DNA of 64,000 nt, from positions 64,001 through 128,000 of the IMG/VR virus record IMGVR_UViG_3300033121_001553; one strand, 5' to 3'. This DNA comes from a virus (lineage: Duplodnaviria > Caudoviricetes). How positions within the stretch are numbered: the first letter of the stretch is position 1; the number at the start of each line of letters is the position of its first letter. A program made the position numbers and the translations under genes. Below the pieces are notes generated by a model. It saw only the letters and a list, made by a program, of their open reading frames with translations. It was not told where the DNA came from and made no database searches. Of the stretch, positions 50,821 to 60,890 are shown piece after piece.

Positions 50821-51196
50821 TCTTCGCGATCATACCATCTGTCGCAAAAATGTACACTGCATTGTTCCAACGACACCAAGCTTCTGCGAACTTTGACTTT
50901 TTGATAACACCAACTTTTTTCAATCTTGAAGTTGGTTTAATTTCAACAATGTAAAGTTTACCTGCTTTCGTTAGAACAGCAACGTCTGGCCAGTACACTC
51001 TAGTTCTTTTACCTACTCTGTACGGTATACCAAACGGTTCGTAAACGTACGCTGCGATACAGTCATTTGAGTCAAGTAGCTGCATGTAATCGTATTCTAG
51101 CTTAGAACGTGTTAGACACTCAAATCCAACAAGCTTCCTTGACACATGCTTACATCTTTTTGGCGTTCTATTGCTTTTTTTTCTCTTTGCTGCCAT
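50795..51196 (-). CDS. TnsA-N/T4 gp4-like head completion nuclease
   Basis: RSKLE, YEPFGIPY, YWPD, VEIKP. Ends TTA 50795-50797 (standard code: TGA 50783). Confidence 0.78.
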
Positions 51197-53517
51197 AAGT
51201 AATCTATTCTTGGCTTAAACACAATTGACTGACTGAATCGTTTTTCTATCGGTTGCGCAAGATGAGCTCTGATCACGACATTGAAATTCGAGTCATGAAA
51301 ATTGATTCGCGATATCTTCACGATGGGCTCATCTTGAGCTGCGTATCTGTAGCTAGATGTACCATAGACAAAGTTTGTATTTGAAGATGTGTTGTAATGT
51401 CCCGCAGGAGCAATAGCTGTTAGCTTTACAACGTTAACATCACGTGAACCTTCAAATTCCATACCATAGCTATCATTACCAAATGGGTAAAGATGCGGTG
51501 ACTTTACGAATACTATACCTTGCTCGTAAAAGATATTACCAACGCTGTTCCAAGCTGATGCTGATGTTACGCAGTTCGCTCTGTAAAGATTACCGTTACC
51601 ATCGTCACGTAGCAGAACGCTTAGCGCTCCGTTCGTTCCAGAAAGGCTGCTGCTAAGCTTGAACGTACCAGGCGTTATCTTGTCACCGTAGTACAAATTG
51701 CTAATGCTAAAAACAGTGATTTGATTTGAATTACTATCTTTTGTTCTGTTGAATATCGTTAGAGCGCTACCTGGAGCATTTTTGATGTCTCCTGTTTCTG
51801 GCGCAACACCACCTATCACCTTGTCTATGCTAGATGTTGCTTGTATAAATCTTCCAGCAAGCAATGAAGAAGTAGATATCAAATCACGAAGATTTATCCA
51901 GCTGCCATCTGATGTGTCTGTGGAGTCACGGTAGTGGTTGTTGGCAGCTGTTACGTACGTTGATATAACACCAAGATTCGGTATGTAGTTACCGTCATCG
52001 CATGGTAGAATCAAAAGATTTCTCGCGATGAAACTCCCGCTTTGGTACAGAAGATCGTTAGCTGGAGCTGCAGCTGTTGTAGTTGAAATCTCATGAGCTA
52101 GCATGTTGTATGCTAGCGGATATCGTTTTGAACCAAAGTCATACAGAAAATTTTCGATATTTATTAGATGTCCGCCAACAGAAAACGCCAGCGATGTGTT
52201 AAAAGGTGTTTCTGTAGATCCGTCTGACGCGTAGAAAGGCGTTTCGAGAATGCCGCCGTAACCATCGACTGCGCTTCTCGTTGGACTCGTTGGAATGAAA
52301 TAAGGTGGAAGATAGAAGGCAACATCACGCATGTCGCTGCTACCAGTGCACGTCATTTCTTCAATTTCACGATTTGTTACGTATCGTTTGATGATCTTCA
52401 AATCATGAATTTCAGCACGCAGTCTGTGTCTAAAGTTGAAATTTGCGGGCTCTTCTGTCGCTGGCGTTGTAGTGACATTTATAAGTCCCTCACGCGTTGA
52501 TGGATTTGTCGCAAACCACAGTGCTTGAGCATTTCCACCTGTATTATTACCCTCATAAAAATTTCCAACAAACAACGCGTTTGAACTCAAACTGTTCAAC
52601 GATGACGATGGAACAACGAATGTTCCTCTTAGCGTACCATCTACGTAAAAACTACCAGTTCCACGATCACGTGAATTCGTACCCCATCGTACAAGCACAT
52701 GATGCCACGCGTTAAGTTTCAAACAGTCATCTGAGTAAAATGCTAGATCACGTGGATACGCTGCCGCAACGCTTGGGTTTAGCTCGCTTGGTCTCTTTTC
52801 TGCTGTACGTTCTAGCTGAAGTGCTACGCGAAACGTATTTGCTCTACCGTACTGATCACGTCCAGATCCAGTTATAAGAGACAAACAGTAGCTAGACGAT
52901 ACATGCACAATAGCGCCAGCAGTAATTGGCACAGATGAATCATCAGCTGAATTTGGTTTTATGTACGTTTCTATTGTGAATGCACCAGTGACGGTGTACT
53001 CGCTACCGGTCATTGGGTAGATAAGAACAGACGCAGTTGGTACATTCGAGCAAGAAAAGAAATTAAGACAGTTGTAATTCGTATAAGCATACTGCGCTGC
53101 ATTCGAGTATAGTCTCTGTTCACGCAGCAAGCTATTCTTTACAAGTGACTTAACAGCAAACTTATCATTGTACACAAATCCTGGTACAATTCTATCAATC
53201 AACTGCGTTGCTGAATTTCTTCTGCTTTGGTTACGACGATTTACTTCGCTCATATAAGCAGACATTACGCTTGCGTTACTGCTGCCAACACGACCGAGCA
53301 AAGACGCCTTCTTCAGTATATCGTCTATCGACTGATCGTTAGCTGCGCTATCACCGAGGCTCGACGATAGAGAAATGTCTTTCTCTATCGTCGAGCTTCT
53401 ACCGAGCACAGTCAGAGAGCCAGTTACACCAGTTGAGCTGCTAACGTAGACGCGCTTTGGATTTACGCGCAGCGCGTAGATCTCAACATCGTTTTGCGTC
53501 AAACGTTGCGTTGTCAT
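51196..53517 (-). CDS. Virion protein with LamG/concanavalin-like domain
   Basis: FTIETYIKP, AWHHVLVRW, FYVDG, LFVGN, IHDLKI. C-terminal AHLAQPIEK...PRIDY then TTA overlapping the next ATG (standard code runs to 51112). Confidence 0.75.
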
Positions 53518-53529
53518 AAGCGAAAGCTC

Positions 53530-54720
53530 TCAGTAGTCGATCCTTAGACGTAGCGACAAGTCTTTCTCTGGATTCTTTTCAACTGGACGAGAAAGCTTAC
53601 CAACTGCTAGCAAGTTATCGTTTGCATCGTACAGTCCAACTGTCGTAACCATCGTAAACGACTGCTGCGTATCTTCCTGTCCCTCGTCGATCACAACGAT
53701 TCTATTGTTACTGTCAATAAATGTTGGGTTAGAAGAGTAGTTGAACTCATCTGCGCTTGCTCTGCAGAATACAAGTGTTGAGTTGATGTTTGTAACATTC
53801 TGGAATGTCATGGCTGTAATCGAACCAGACGAGAATCTAACTCCACAGATATGATCAAGAATATTGTCGATAGAACCGCTTACAACAAAGTCTGGTATAA
53901 ATGCAGCATTTGCATTACCAGATCCAGCGCGGCCAATAACCATCTGCCCAGTTGAGTTAACAGCGTCAACTGTACCTGTCATGAACTGACTTCCTGACGT
54001 AATTCTGTTCAAGTCAAGAACAATGATGCCGCGATCATAAAAAACCAGACCACCGTAATTTGCAGTGTTTGATGAATTTACGATATTACCGACCTGACCA
54101 CCGTATGTAGTAATCTTATTCGTTGATGAACCAACATCTGTGTAAACTGTCGCTCCAAGCGTTGTTGGGGCACCAAGGTTCGACTGCGCTGCTGTCGTAG
54201 ACGCCGTCTGATAGAACTGCAACGCGAGTGTCTCTCTCTTTATCTGATCACGTGAAAAGAGACGTTTCATGCAAATGAAAAGCGCACAGTCTATTTTTTC
54301 ATTTGCGTTAGTTGAATCGAACGGAGAGGCAAATTGCAGATCCTTATCACCAAGCAATGTTTGCGCAAACTGCTGATATATCGACATCTTCTCTCTCATC
54401 ATCAAGCTTGACGACGGGAAAAGTGGCTTACCAGCAGCATCTTCGCTTAGTTTCGATGAGCTAACGGTTGAACCGTTCGGATAAAGCCCAACTGTAATAT
54501 CAAAGATCGGATTTGCAGTTTGATAAGTAAAATCCTGATCGTAAACTGTCTGAAACAAGCTTGACGTAACGCCGGGTCCGAGCCCACCAGTAACGAATAC
54601 TTGATATTTCTTACGTGATGTGCTACCAGAAACGTCTTCCTGTATCACGTCGATAATCTGTGATAGAGAAGAACGCTGAACTTTTATATCGTTGCTGTTA
54701 ATTTCTTTAAATGTTGCCAT
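53530..54720 (-). CDS. Virion (baseplate/fibre attachment-like) protein
   Basis: C-terminal EFNYSSNPTF...VGLYDANDNLLAVGKLSRPVEK...LRIDY, paralogous to the C-terminus of the downstream gene. Confidence 0.7.
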   Translation of the reverse strand: MATFKEINSNDIKVQRSSLSQIIDVIQEDVSGSTSRKKYQVFVTGGLGPGVTSSLFQTVYDQDFTYQTANPIFDITVGLYPNGSTVSSSKLSEDAAGKPLFPSSSLMMREKMSIYQQFAQTLLGDKDLQFASPFDSTNANEKIDCALFICMKRLFSRDQIKRETLALQFYQTASTTAAQSNLGAPTTLGATVYTDVGSSTNKITTYGGQVGNIVNSSNTANYGGLVFYDRGIIVLDLNRITSGSQFMTGTVDAVNSTGQMVIGRAGSGNANAAFIPDFVVSGSIDNILDHICGVRFSSGSITAMTFQNVTNINSTLVFCRASADEFNYSSNPTFIDSNNRIVVIDEGQEDTQQSFTMVTTVGLYDANDNLLAVGKLSRPVEKNPEKDLSLRLRIDY

Positions 54721-54722
54721 TC

Positions 54723-55439
54723 TCAGTCGCCCTTGCGGATATTAACTCTGAATTCTGAAACTGCGCCGCTTTGAGCGCCAGTGACCCTAACATACGTTGC
54801 TATCACGTTTTTGTCAGCTGTTGTACCGTAGATCGTAAATTGAGCGTCTGTTATCGACTTTACTGAAAGAGCAAATTGAAGTATGCTACCTTGATAGCTA
54901 TTTTCTGTTGGTGATCTCGACAAGATGTAAGTTGCACGTTGCTGAGCGTCTATGCTGTCTGGCGTCTGTCTCAATATCTGAAGGAAAATGTTTGAAAGCT
55001 CAACGATGAATACCTGATCTCTTAGTTCTGGATCTATCGTAGGCTCGTTTATGATCGTCTGCTCACATGTTATCGATGCTGTGAGCTTACGTACACTTCC
55101 AAGCGAAACAACAGATGTAGAACTTGAAACGTTTGAATCTCCAGAAAGCGAAAGCGACGGCAAGCGAACTAGATTTGGATTAGACACGCTGATCATTTTG
55201 TACTTCAACGCGTTGCCTGCCGATGTTATTCCTTCGAAAATCGGAGTATTCTTCTCTATTTTTTCTTTTCCAACTGATCTACCGTATCGTTTGATCACAG
55301 TATAGTCAACTTCATCATCGCCAAACGCAAATTTTGCTATAGCGAAGCTACCATCATTTTTCGCTAGAAGTTGTCTGCCAACATCAGTTAGCACTGTATC
55401 AAGAATTATGTTATTGGTCGAGCCGTCAAGAAATCCCAT
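54723..55439 (-). CDS. Virion (baseplate-associated) protein
   Basis: MGFLD...LDTVLTDVGRQLLA...KFAFGDDEVDY, a collar-like N-terminus shared with the gene at 63134. Confidence 0.65.
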   Translation of the reverse strand: MGFLDGSTNNIILDTVLTDVGRQLLAKNDGSFAIAKFAFGDDEVDYTVIKRYGRSVGKEKIEKNTPIFEGITSAGNALKYKMISVSNPNLVRLPSLSLSGDSNVSSSTSVVSLGSVRKLTASITCEQTIINEPTIDPELRDQVFIVELSNIFLQILRQTPDSIDAQQRATYILSRSPTENSYQGSILQFALSVKSITDAQFTIYGTTADKNVIATYVRVTGAQSGAVSEFRVNIRKGD

Positions 55440-55488
55440 TGTTTCTTCCTACGATTATAGCTAGCTAGTAACGTGCGTATTTCTACGT

Positions 55489-57261
55489 TCAAACTTTTAT
55501 TTTTGACTGTGCCTTGAACGAGTCGTTCAGCTCAATGTTGAACGAGTCGCTGTCACCATTTTTAACATCTATGATTCCAACGACGTAATAACTACCATCA
55601 GACGTAGTTGCTGCGTGTTTAATTTGCATATCATCTGTATCTGTTAGCGTAAAAGCGTCTGGTGATAGTGTAACTGTCATCTGATCGCAGTTTTCATCGA
55701 TATTATCGACAAACGCGTTTGTTTCAACGTAAACATTTGGGTACACACGTGGTGCACCAGATCTTGAGATACGCTTAACGAGCAACTTATTTTTGAATAC
55801 ATCGAATGTCACGCTGAACTGTTCGGAGTAATTTGATATGAAGCCGTGAGCATCAACGCAGCATACAGCGTAGATAAATTTGCTTGTTTGTGTTGTAATA
55901 CCAGCCGTATCTACGTACGACACAACAAATTCATCATCAATGTAATAACACAGTGGTGAGTTAAGTTTTTGAACGATGCTACTTGGTATACCCTCAACGT
56001 CTGATACCTTAACAGCAGATTTATCAAAATCGTAAATTTTCAATATTTCATATGGTTCTGTTATCGACCTTCTACGCATTATTTGAAATTTTACAATATC
56101 ACGTTGCTTGTTTACCGGCAGCGTCCAATGCACCATAAGCCTTTTGTGCTCGTAATCCCAATTGAAGCTTAGATCATTCACAGCTGGCGGTGGAGTTTCT
56201 TCGACAGTATCAACGTAGCTTCTTACTGGTTTTGACGCAATCAAATAACGAGAAAGTACGCGTTTTCCATCTTCGTCAATCGTTGGTATAGCCACGCTAC
56301 AAACGGCTCTAATTGAGTAAACGTATGTTTTTCCATACAGAATATTCACGTCAGCGTAGTTGTAAGACTTGTAACCAGAAACACAGATTGTTTCAACATA
56401 TCTTGTGTCGCCAGAAGGCAAGCACTCGTGCTTATCAATGATGTATCCGATCATATAAGAAGTGCTTGCTGTGGCTGACTTTGCGTCAGTCGACAAAATA
56501 GAATTTGTATTTGTGTCGTACGTCTGACTTAGATGCGCGTACGGATCTGTTTTAGAGACAGACGTAAATTTTGCAGCTTCAGTTGCTGTTGCGATTAGAT
56601 TTGTCGAAACGAATGATGATGGATCTTTACACGCCTCGTGCAGCAGCTGCGCTGAGAACTTCGTCTTCATCGACATCGTTAGCTTAACATCGTCAATACC
56701 ACGCACTGCAAACTTTTTATTTGCACTATATCTATATCCACTCTGACTAGGATTTTTTTTCATTGACGCTGTTTTAAGCTTACCACTTTGATCGTAGATT
56801 GGAGCGCCGCCAATCGTCTGATTCAATGAATGAGAGCTTGATACTGTCGTCTGGACTCTTGACGCAAGCTCATTATCGTCAAAAGACACTGTCGTGTATT
56901 CAGAGTAAGAAAAGTCATCTTCTGACAGTATGAACTTCAAATTTCTTTTCAAGAAATCTGCATCAAATGTCGCTGCTGCTTCTTGTGTAGGCGAATATCC
57001 ATTAGTTTCGTCGTATCTATTTGTAAAAATTATAGGACGCCATGCAAGCTTTACGTAACGTGGCACTCTTGATGACGCGTAGTCAAAATACGCGTCTGAT
57101 ACATTCGCTCCAAGCTTTTTTACGATCGTCTGACTGTATTTTGGTTTTTCATTTACTGACTCGTCTTGCACGTAAAAGTCATAAACGAAGTTTGATGTGA
57201 ATCCTCTGACTTCTGGTATATCGACGACCGTTGCTTTTATAGATGGGAAAGTACTTGTCAT
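55489..57261 (-). CDS. Putative virion protein with FN3-like domains
   Basis: YADVNILYGKTYVYSIRAV, PPPAVNDLSF, FIYAVCCVDAHGFISNYS. Confidence 0.6.
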   Translation of the reverse strand: MTSTFPSIKATVVDIPEVRGFTSNFVYDFYVQDESVNEKPKYSQTIVKKLGANVSDAYFDYASSRVPRYVKLAWRPIIFTNRYDETNGYSPTQEAAATFDADFLKRNLKFILSEDDFSYSEYTTVSFDDNELASRVQTTVSSSHSLNQTIGGAPIYDQSGKLKTASMKKNPSQSGYRYSANKKFAVRGIDDVKLTMSMKTKFSAQLLHEACKDPSSFVSTNLIATATEAAKFTSVSKTDPYAHLSQTYDTNTNSILSTDAKSATASTSYMIGYIIDKHECLPSGDTRYVETICVSGYKSYNYADVNILYGKTYVYSIRAVCSVAIPTIDEDGKRVLSRYLIASKPVRSYVDTVEETPPPAVNDLSFNWDYEHKRLMVHWTLPVNKQRDIVKFQIMRRRSITEPYEILKIYDFDKSAVKVSDVEGIPSSIVQKLNSPLCYYIDDEFVVSYVDTAGITTQTSKFIYAVCCVDAHGFISNYSEQFSVTFDVFKNKLLVKRISRSGAPRVYPNVYVETNAFVDNIDENCDQMTVTLSPDAFTLTDTDDMQIKHAATTSDGSYYVVGIIDVKNGDSDSFNIELNDSFKAQSKIKV

Positions 57262-60200
57262 TTTTTAGCACCATACGTTTCTACAACAACAAAATACTCT
57301 TCCAACGCAGCTTCTGAGTTCTTTCCACGTCTTTCTACTAGCTTGTACGTTCTATCTGACGATAGCTGATTAAACTGTTCGCTGTTTTTGTAGCTCCCGC
57401 TTCCACCCGACGTTTGCTTTTTCTCTTCAACAATTTTACCAGACTTTAGCAATGCTTTGTATATCGCTTTGCCTTCCTCTGTCTTCAGAGTTTCATCGAT
57501 ATCAATTTCATAGTCATCTGGATCAACAGCTATGTGAAAAACACGATCAAATGCTTTCGGCATCACAGCAGCGCTAATCAACGTTTCACTTGTTGAAAGT
57601 GAATTATACGTTTTGTTTATATACGAGCACGCCTCTGCCAACGATAGCAACTTTTCTTTTTGCTTATTGGTTGCACCGTCAAATGTTGACTTCACATTTT
57701 CTGTTGTTGTCGTTTGAGCGATCTGCTGACTTGCTTTATTTTGCGACACTGCTCCAGCTGATGCGATACCAACATTCTGTATTTTAACAGCTTGTGCCAG
57801 CTGGTTCCACGTTGTCTGTGCGACGTTATTAAACGTTTCTATTGGATCCATTATATAAAGTGAATTTTCATTCACTTGCAAACCTGTCATTAGTCTGATA
57901 TACAACTCTAGTATAAAGCTCATTGAATGATTATCGAGTATTTCGTTCTTATCTTTTTGCGATAGAAATGAATACGAAGTGCTTGTTCTGATGTCGTCGC
58001 CGTTTTCATCGTAAACATCGATTTCAAGTGATTTTCCGGCTCCCTTGAAACGTTCATTTCTTGAGAGTTCAAACAAGAATTTTTTTGGCTTAAAAACGAT
58101 TTCTTGGTATTCAAGATCATTTTTATATACGCTAATGCTGATGATGTCGGTTTGCTGTTTCGTAGACTCAGTTCTTAGCAGCCTACGTAGCATAGCTGAC
58201 ATTCCATGTGTTATACCGATAGAAAGCAAACGTATGTTATCTCCGTCTGGACTCTTGAATTTTGACGTTGATAGCTTTTTTTCAACAAGAGAGAATGCTT
58301 CATCAAGCTTTGTAATCTCTACTTCGTCACCAAGCATAAAATAATGCTGATTTCTTTTTTCTGTGAATTCACTATCAAACTGTTTCAATGCGTTATTCGC
58401 AAGCCTCAGCTGCTCAGCATTGTACAGAAAGGGTAGCGCTGCGCCAACATAAGAACGCAAACTCGCAACAGAAGTTTTGTAGTCGTTATCATTGATGATC
58501 GACAAAACTTCTGATATTGAATTCTTTAGCGTTAGCAAATGACCAAGCAATGCTGTTATACATTTTGAAGTTTTGATCTCTTCAGATCTCATTCGTTTCA
58601 AACAAGCTGTGCCGATCTCTGATGACTTATCGCCTTGATCAACTTTTATCGTAAATTTGCTGAACCAGTCATTCTGCGGTATGAAATTTGTATACGTTAC
58701 GTTTGATATCGCGCCATACAAAGAAATCATTGCTGAGAATATCATGTACGACAGCGTTGTCTGCTTCAGCCCGGTGTATCTCGTACGTCCATCTATGAAA
58801 ATATTCTCAACGCTATCATTGCTGTACGCGTAGTTGATCCAGTCGTACAACGCTTTCATTACGACGTTATTCTCTGTTGAGTCATGCTCAAGTATCTTGA
58901 ACAGAGACTCATCTGTTATTTCAACTGTTTGAGAGCTTATAACGTTATTTGTTCCAACAGCTTTTCTTATTGCGAATACTAGCTGAACTGATGCCCTCTC
59001 TATTGCAGCCATAACTGGTGATTGAGAGTTATTCTTTGATGCAGCACTCTTGTATTTGAGCCTCAAGAGAGAAAAATACGTAAACAATGCTGCGAGCACG
59101 TTATCGTTTCTTGATGCTATTTCTATCATTGCAAGAGCATGAGCGATAACATTCGTTGGCATAGACGACTCTACAAACCCAGTCTTTGTAGACTTTACTG
59201 GTTTCTTGATCCTCGTCTCTCCAATAGTTCCAGCTGTAAAATCAACAACAGCGAGATGATCTAGCAATGACAAAAACAACGTATCATGTTCTTTTGCACT
59301 TGTTGCTTGATCTTTAGGATCTGCGGTTATTGCGTATGCATCGATGTACGACAAGAAACTAAGCATACCGCCGAATGTACTTGTCAGCAGCTTAAAAAGC
59401 GCATTGAGACGTTCAGGATTTGGCTCGCTTGTACCATCGAATCCAGCGAAATAATAGTCTGCTCCTGGTACAAAATCAATATTTGCGCCGACTGTATCAT
59501 TTCTTTCAAACAATGCAACATTTGCATTAGCGCGTCCTTCTGTGTAATTTTGCATACGCAATGAAGTCATTGCAGTATAAATTTGCGTCGTTGCATTCTG
59601 CTGATTATCGAACACATTCGACGGAAACTGCCCAAACACAGTATCAAACATCTTTCTATTACCTGCGTCTATTGGTGCGTACCCGTACTTCTGTAGTTCG
59701 CTAACGAATGATTCATTTTGCAATGCTGTCGAATATCTAACTTCCTTAGCAACTGAGTATAGCATCAATGCGCAATACTGCACTCTGTCAAGCGAGCCAA
59801 CATATTTTTTGATTTTTTGGCTCTCTGCTGTAATCGTGCTTATGACTTGTTCAACTGTTTCTGAATTTGTAGCTGATAGCTCTCGATCAGAGAGAATCAT
59901 ATCAGACATTCTAATGAATTTTGCAATATCAGAATTTGGTGTAACGAGCAGCTTATACTGTTCAGTATCATTTTGACGTGTTGTTGTATTACTACCAGCG
60001 TACTCTTGACTATGTCCAGCGAGCAAGTCACGTAGCTCATAAGCAAGCTGCATAAATTGTTTTGTTCCACTGAACTTTTGTATGTTCTGCTGCTTATAAC
60101 CAAGTTCCTTCAACGCATCAGCGTACGTAATAGTTTCACCCAACAACTTTACTAGCGCTGAGTATTCTATATCTGCATCTGCTGAATTTACGCCAGCAGA

Positions 60201-60890
60201 CTTCATGTACGAAAATACAGTCGTAAGCGTGTCTTTAACATTTATTTTAGCAACAGCCGGATCAAACAACAGCATCGTTGACTCAGACTTATCAACGTAA
60301 TTTCGCAAATAGTTGACATGTCTTCTGCTAATGATGCATTGCGAAAGATTATCTTTCTTTACTGTGTTATACAGTAGTTCAACAGCTTCGTTGTTAGCAG
60401 CAGCAACGCATACGTTATTTGTAAGCTTTTCTTGCATGCCAGCATACTCAGAGCTAAGTTTCATGCGATCGTAAGCGGGTGTTTCTCCGTGAACGCCCAC
60501 GATTGGCAAAAAATTTGTGATGCTAATAATTTCTGGTACGTAATGCGAAATACCGAGCTTCACCTTATACGTATTTTTTGGTGATTCTGCTACAGTCTGT
60601 TGAGGTTGTGATTTTGCTTGTGACTTTTGCTGTGGTGGAACTGCATTTTTAAATGCTGTGCTTGAATTTGCAACTTGCGTAGACTTTACGTTTGTCGCAA
60701 CAATGGACTTTGCAGTCATTCCATTGAGCGTGCCAACAACAGCGTCTGCGACTCCACCAACACTTGTTGCGTAGCTGCCCGGCGAAGTTGACTTCACTAC
60801 TGTAACAGTATCTGTAACTTGCGCTGTTGGCTGCGTGCTTACGCTGCTAGCTGGAACAGCTTCTGTAATTTTCTTTATCAATGAAGTCAT
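57258..60890 (-). CDS. Large hypothetical protein (1210 aa), probably virion-associated
   Basis: Long ORF with ATGA overlaps on both sides, within the structural cluster. Confidence 0.65.
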   Translation of the reverse strand: MTSLIKKITEAVPASSVSTQPTAQVTDTVTVVKSTSPGSYATSVGGVADAVVGTLNGMTAKSIVATNVKSTQVANSSTAFKNAVPPQQKSQAKSQPQQTVAESPKNTYKVKLGISHYVPEIISITNFLPIVGVHGETPAYDRMKLSSEYAGMQEKLTNNVCVAAANNEAVELLYNTVKKDNLSQCIISRRHVNYLRNYVDKSESTMLLFDPAVAKINVKDTLTTVFSYMKSAGVNSADADIEYSALVKLLGETITYADALKELGYKQQNIQKFSGTKQFMQLAYELRDLLAGHSQEYAGSNTTTRQNDTEQYKLLVTPNSDIAKFIRMSDMILSDRELSATNSETVEQVISTITAESQKIKKYVGSLDRVQYCALMLYSVAKEVRYSTALQNESFVSELQKYGYAPIDAGNRKMFDTVFGQFPSNVFDNQQNATTQIYTAMTSLRMQNYTEGRANANVALFERNDTVGANIDFVPGADYYFAGFDGTSEPNPERLNALFKLLTSTFGGMLSFLSYIDAYAITADPKDQATSAKEHDTLFLSLLDHLAVVDFTAGTIGETRIKKPVKSTKTGFVESSMPTNVIAHALAMIEIASRNDNVLAALFTYFSLLRLKYKSAASKNNSQSPVMAAIERASVQLVFAIRKAVGTNNVISSQTVEITDESLFKILEHDSTENNVVMKALYDWINYAYSNDSVENIFIDGRTRYTGLKQTTLSYMIFSAMISLYGAISNVTYTNFIPQNDWFSKFTIKVDQGDKSSEIGTACLKRMRSEEIKTSKCITALLGHLLTLKNSISEVLSIINDNDYKTSVASLRSYVGAALPFLYNAEQLRLANNALKQFDSEFTEKRNQHYFMLGDEVEITKLDEAFSLVEKKLSTSKFKSPDGDNIRLLSIGITHGMSAMLRRLLRTESTKQQTDIISISVYKNDLEYQEIVFKPKKFLFELSRNERFKGAGKSLEIDVYDENGDDIRTSTSYSFLSQKDKNEILDNHSMSFILELYIRLMTGLQVNENSLYIMDPIETFNNVAQTTWNQLAQAVKIQNVGIASAGAVSQNKASQQIAQTTTTENVKSTFDGATNKQKEKLLSLAEACSYINKTYNSLSTSETLISAAVMPKAFDRVFHIAVDPDDYEIDIDETLKTEEGKAIYKALLKSGKIVEEKKQTSGGSGSYKNSEQFNQLSSDRTYKLVERRGKNSEAALEEYFVVVETYGAKK

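Noticed and set aside
50795-51196. Tn7-like transposon suggested by the TnsA-like nuclease
   Set aside because: No tnsB/tnsC or terminal repeats. The TnsA-N fold is shared with the T4 gp4 head completion protein.
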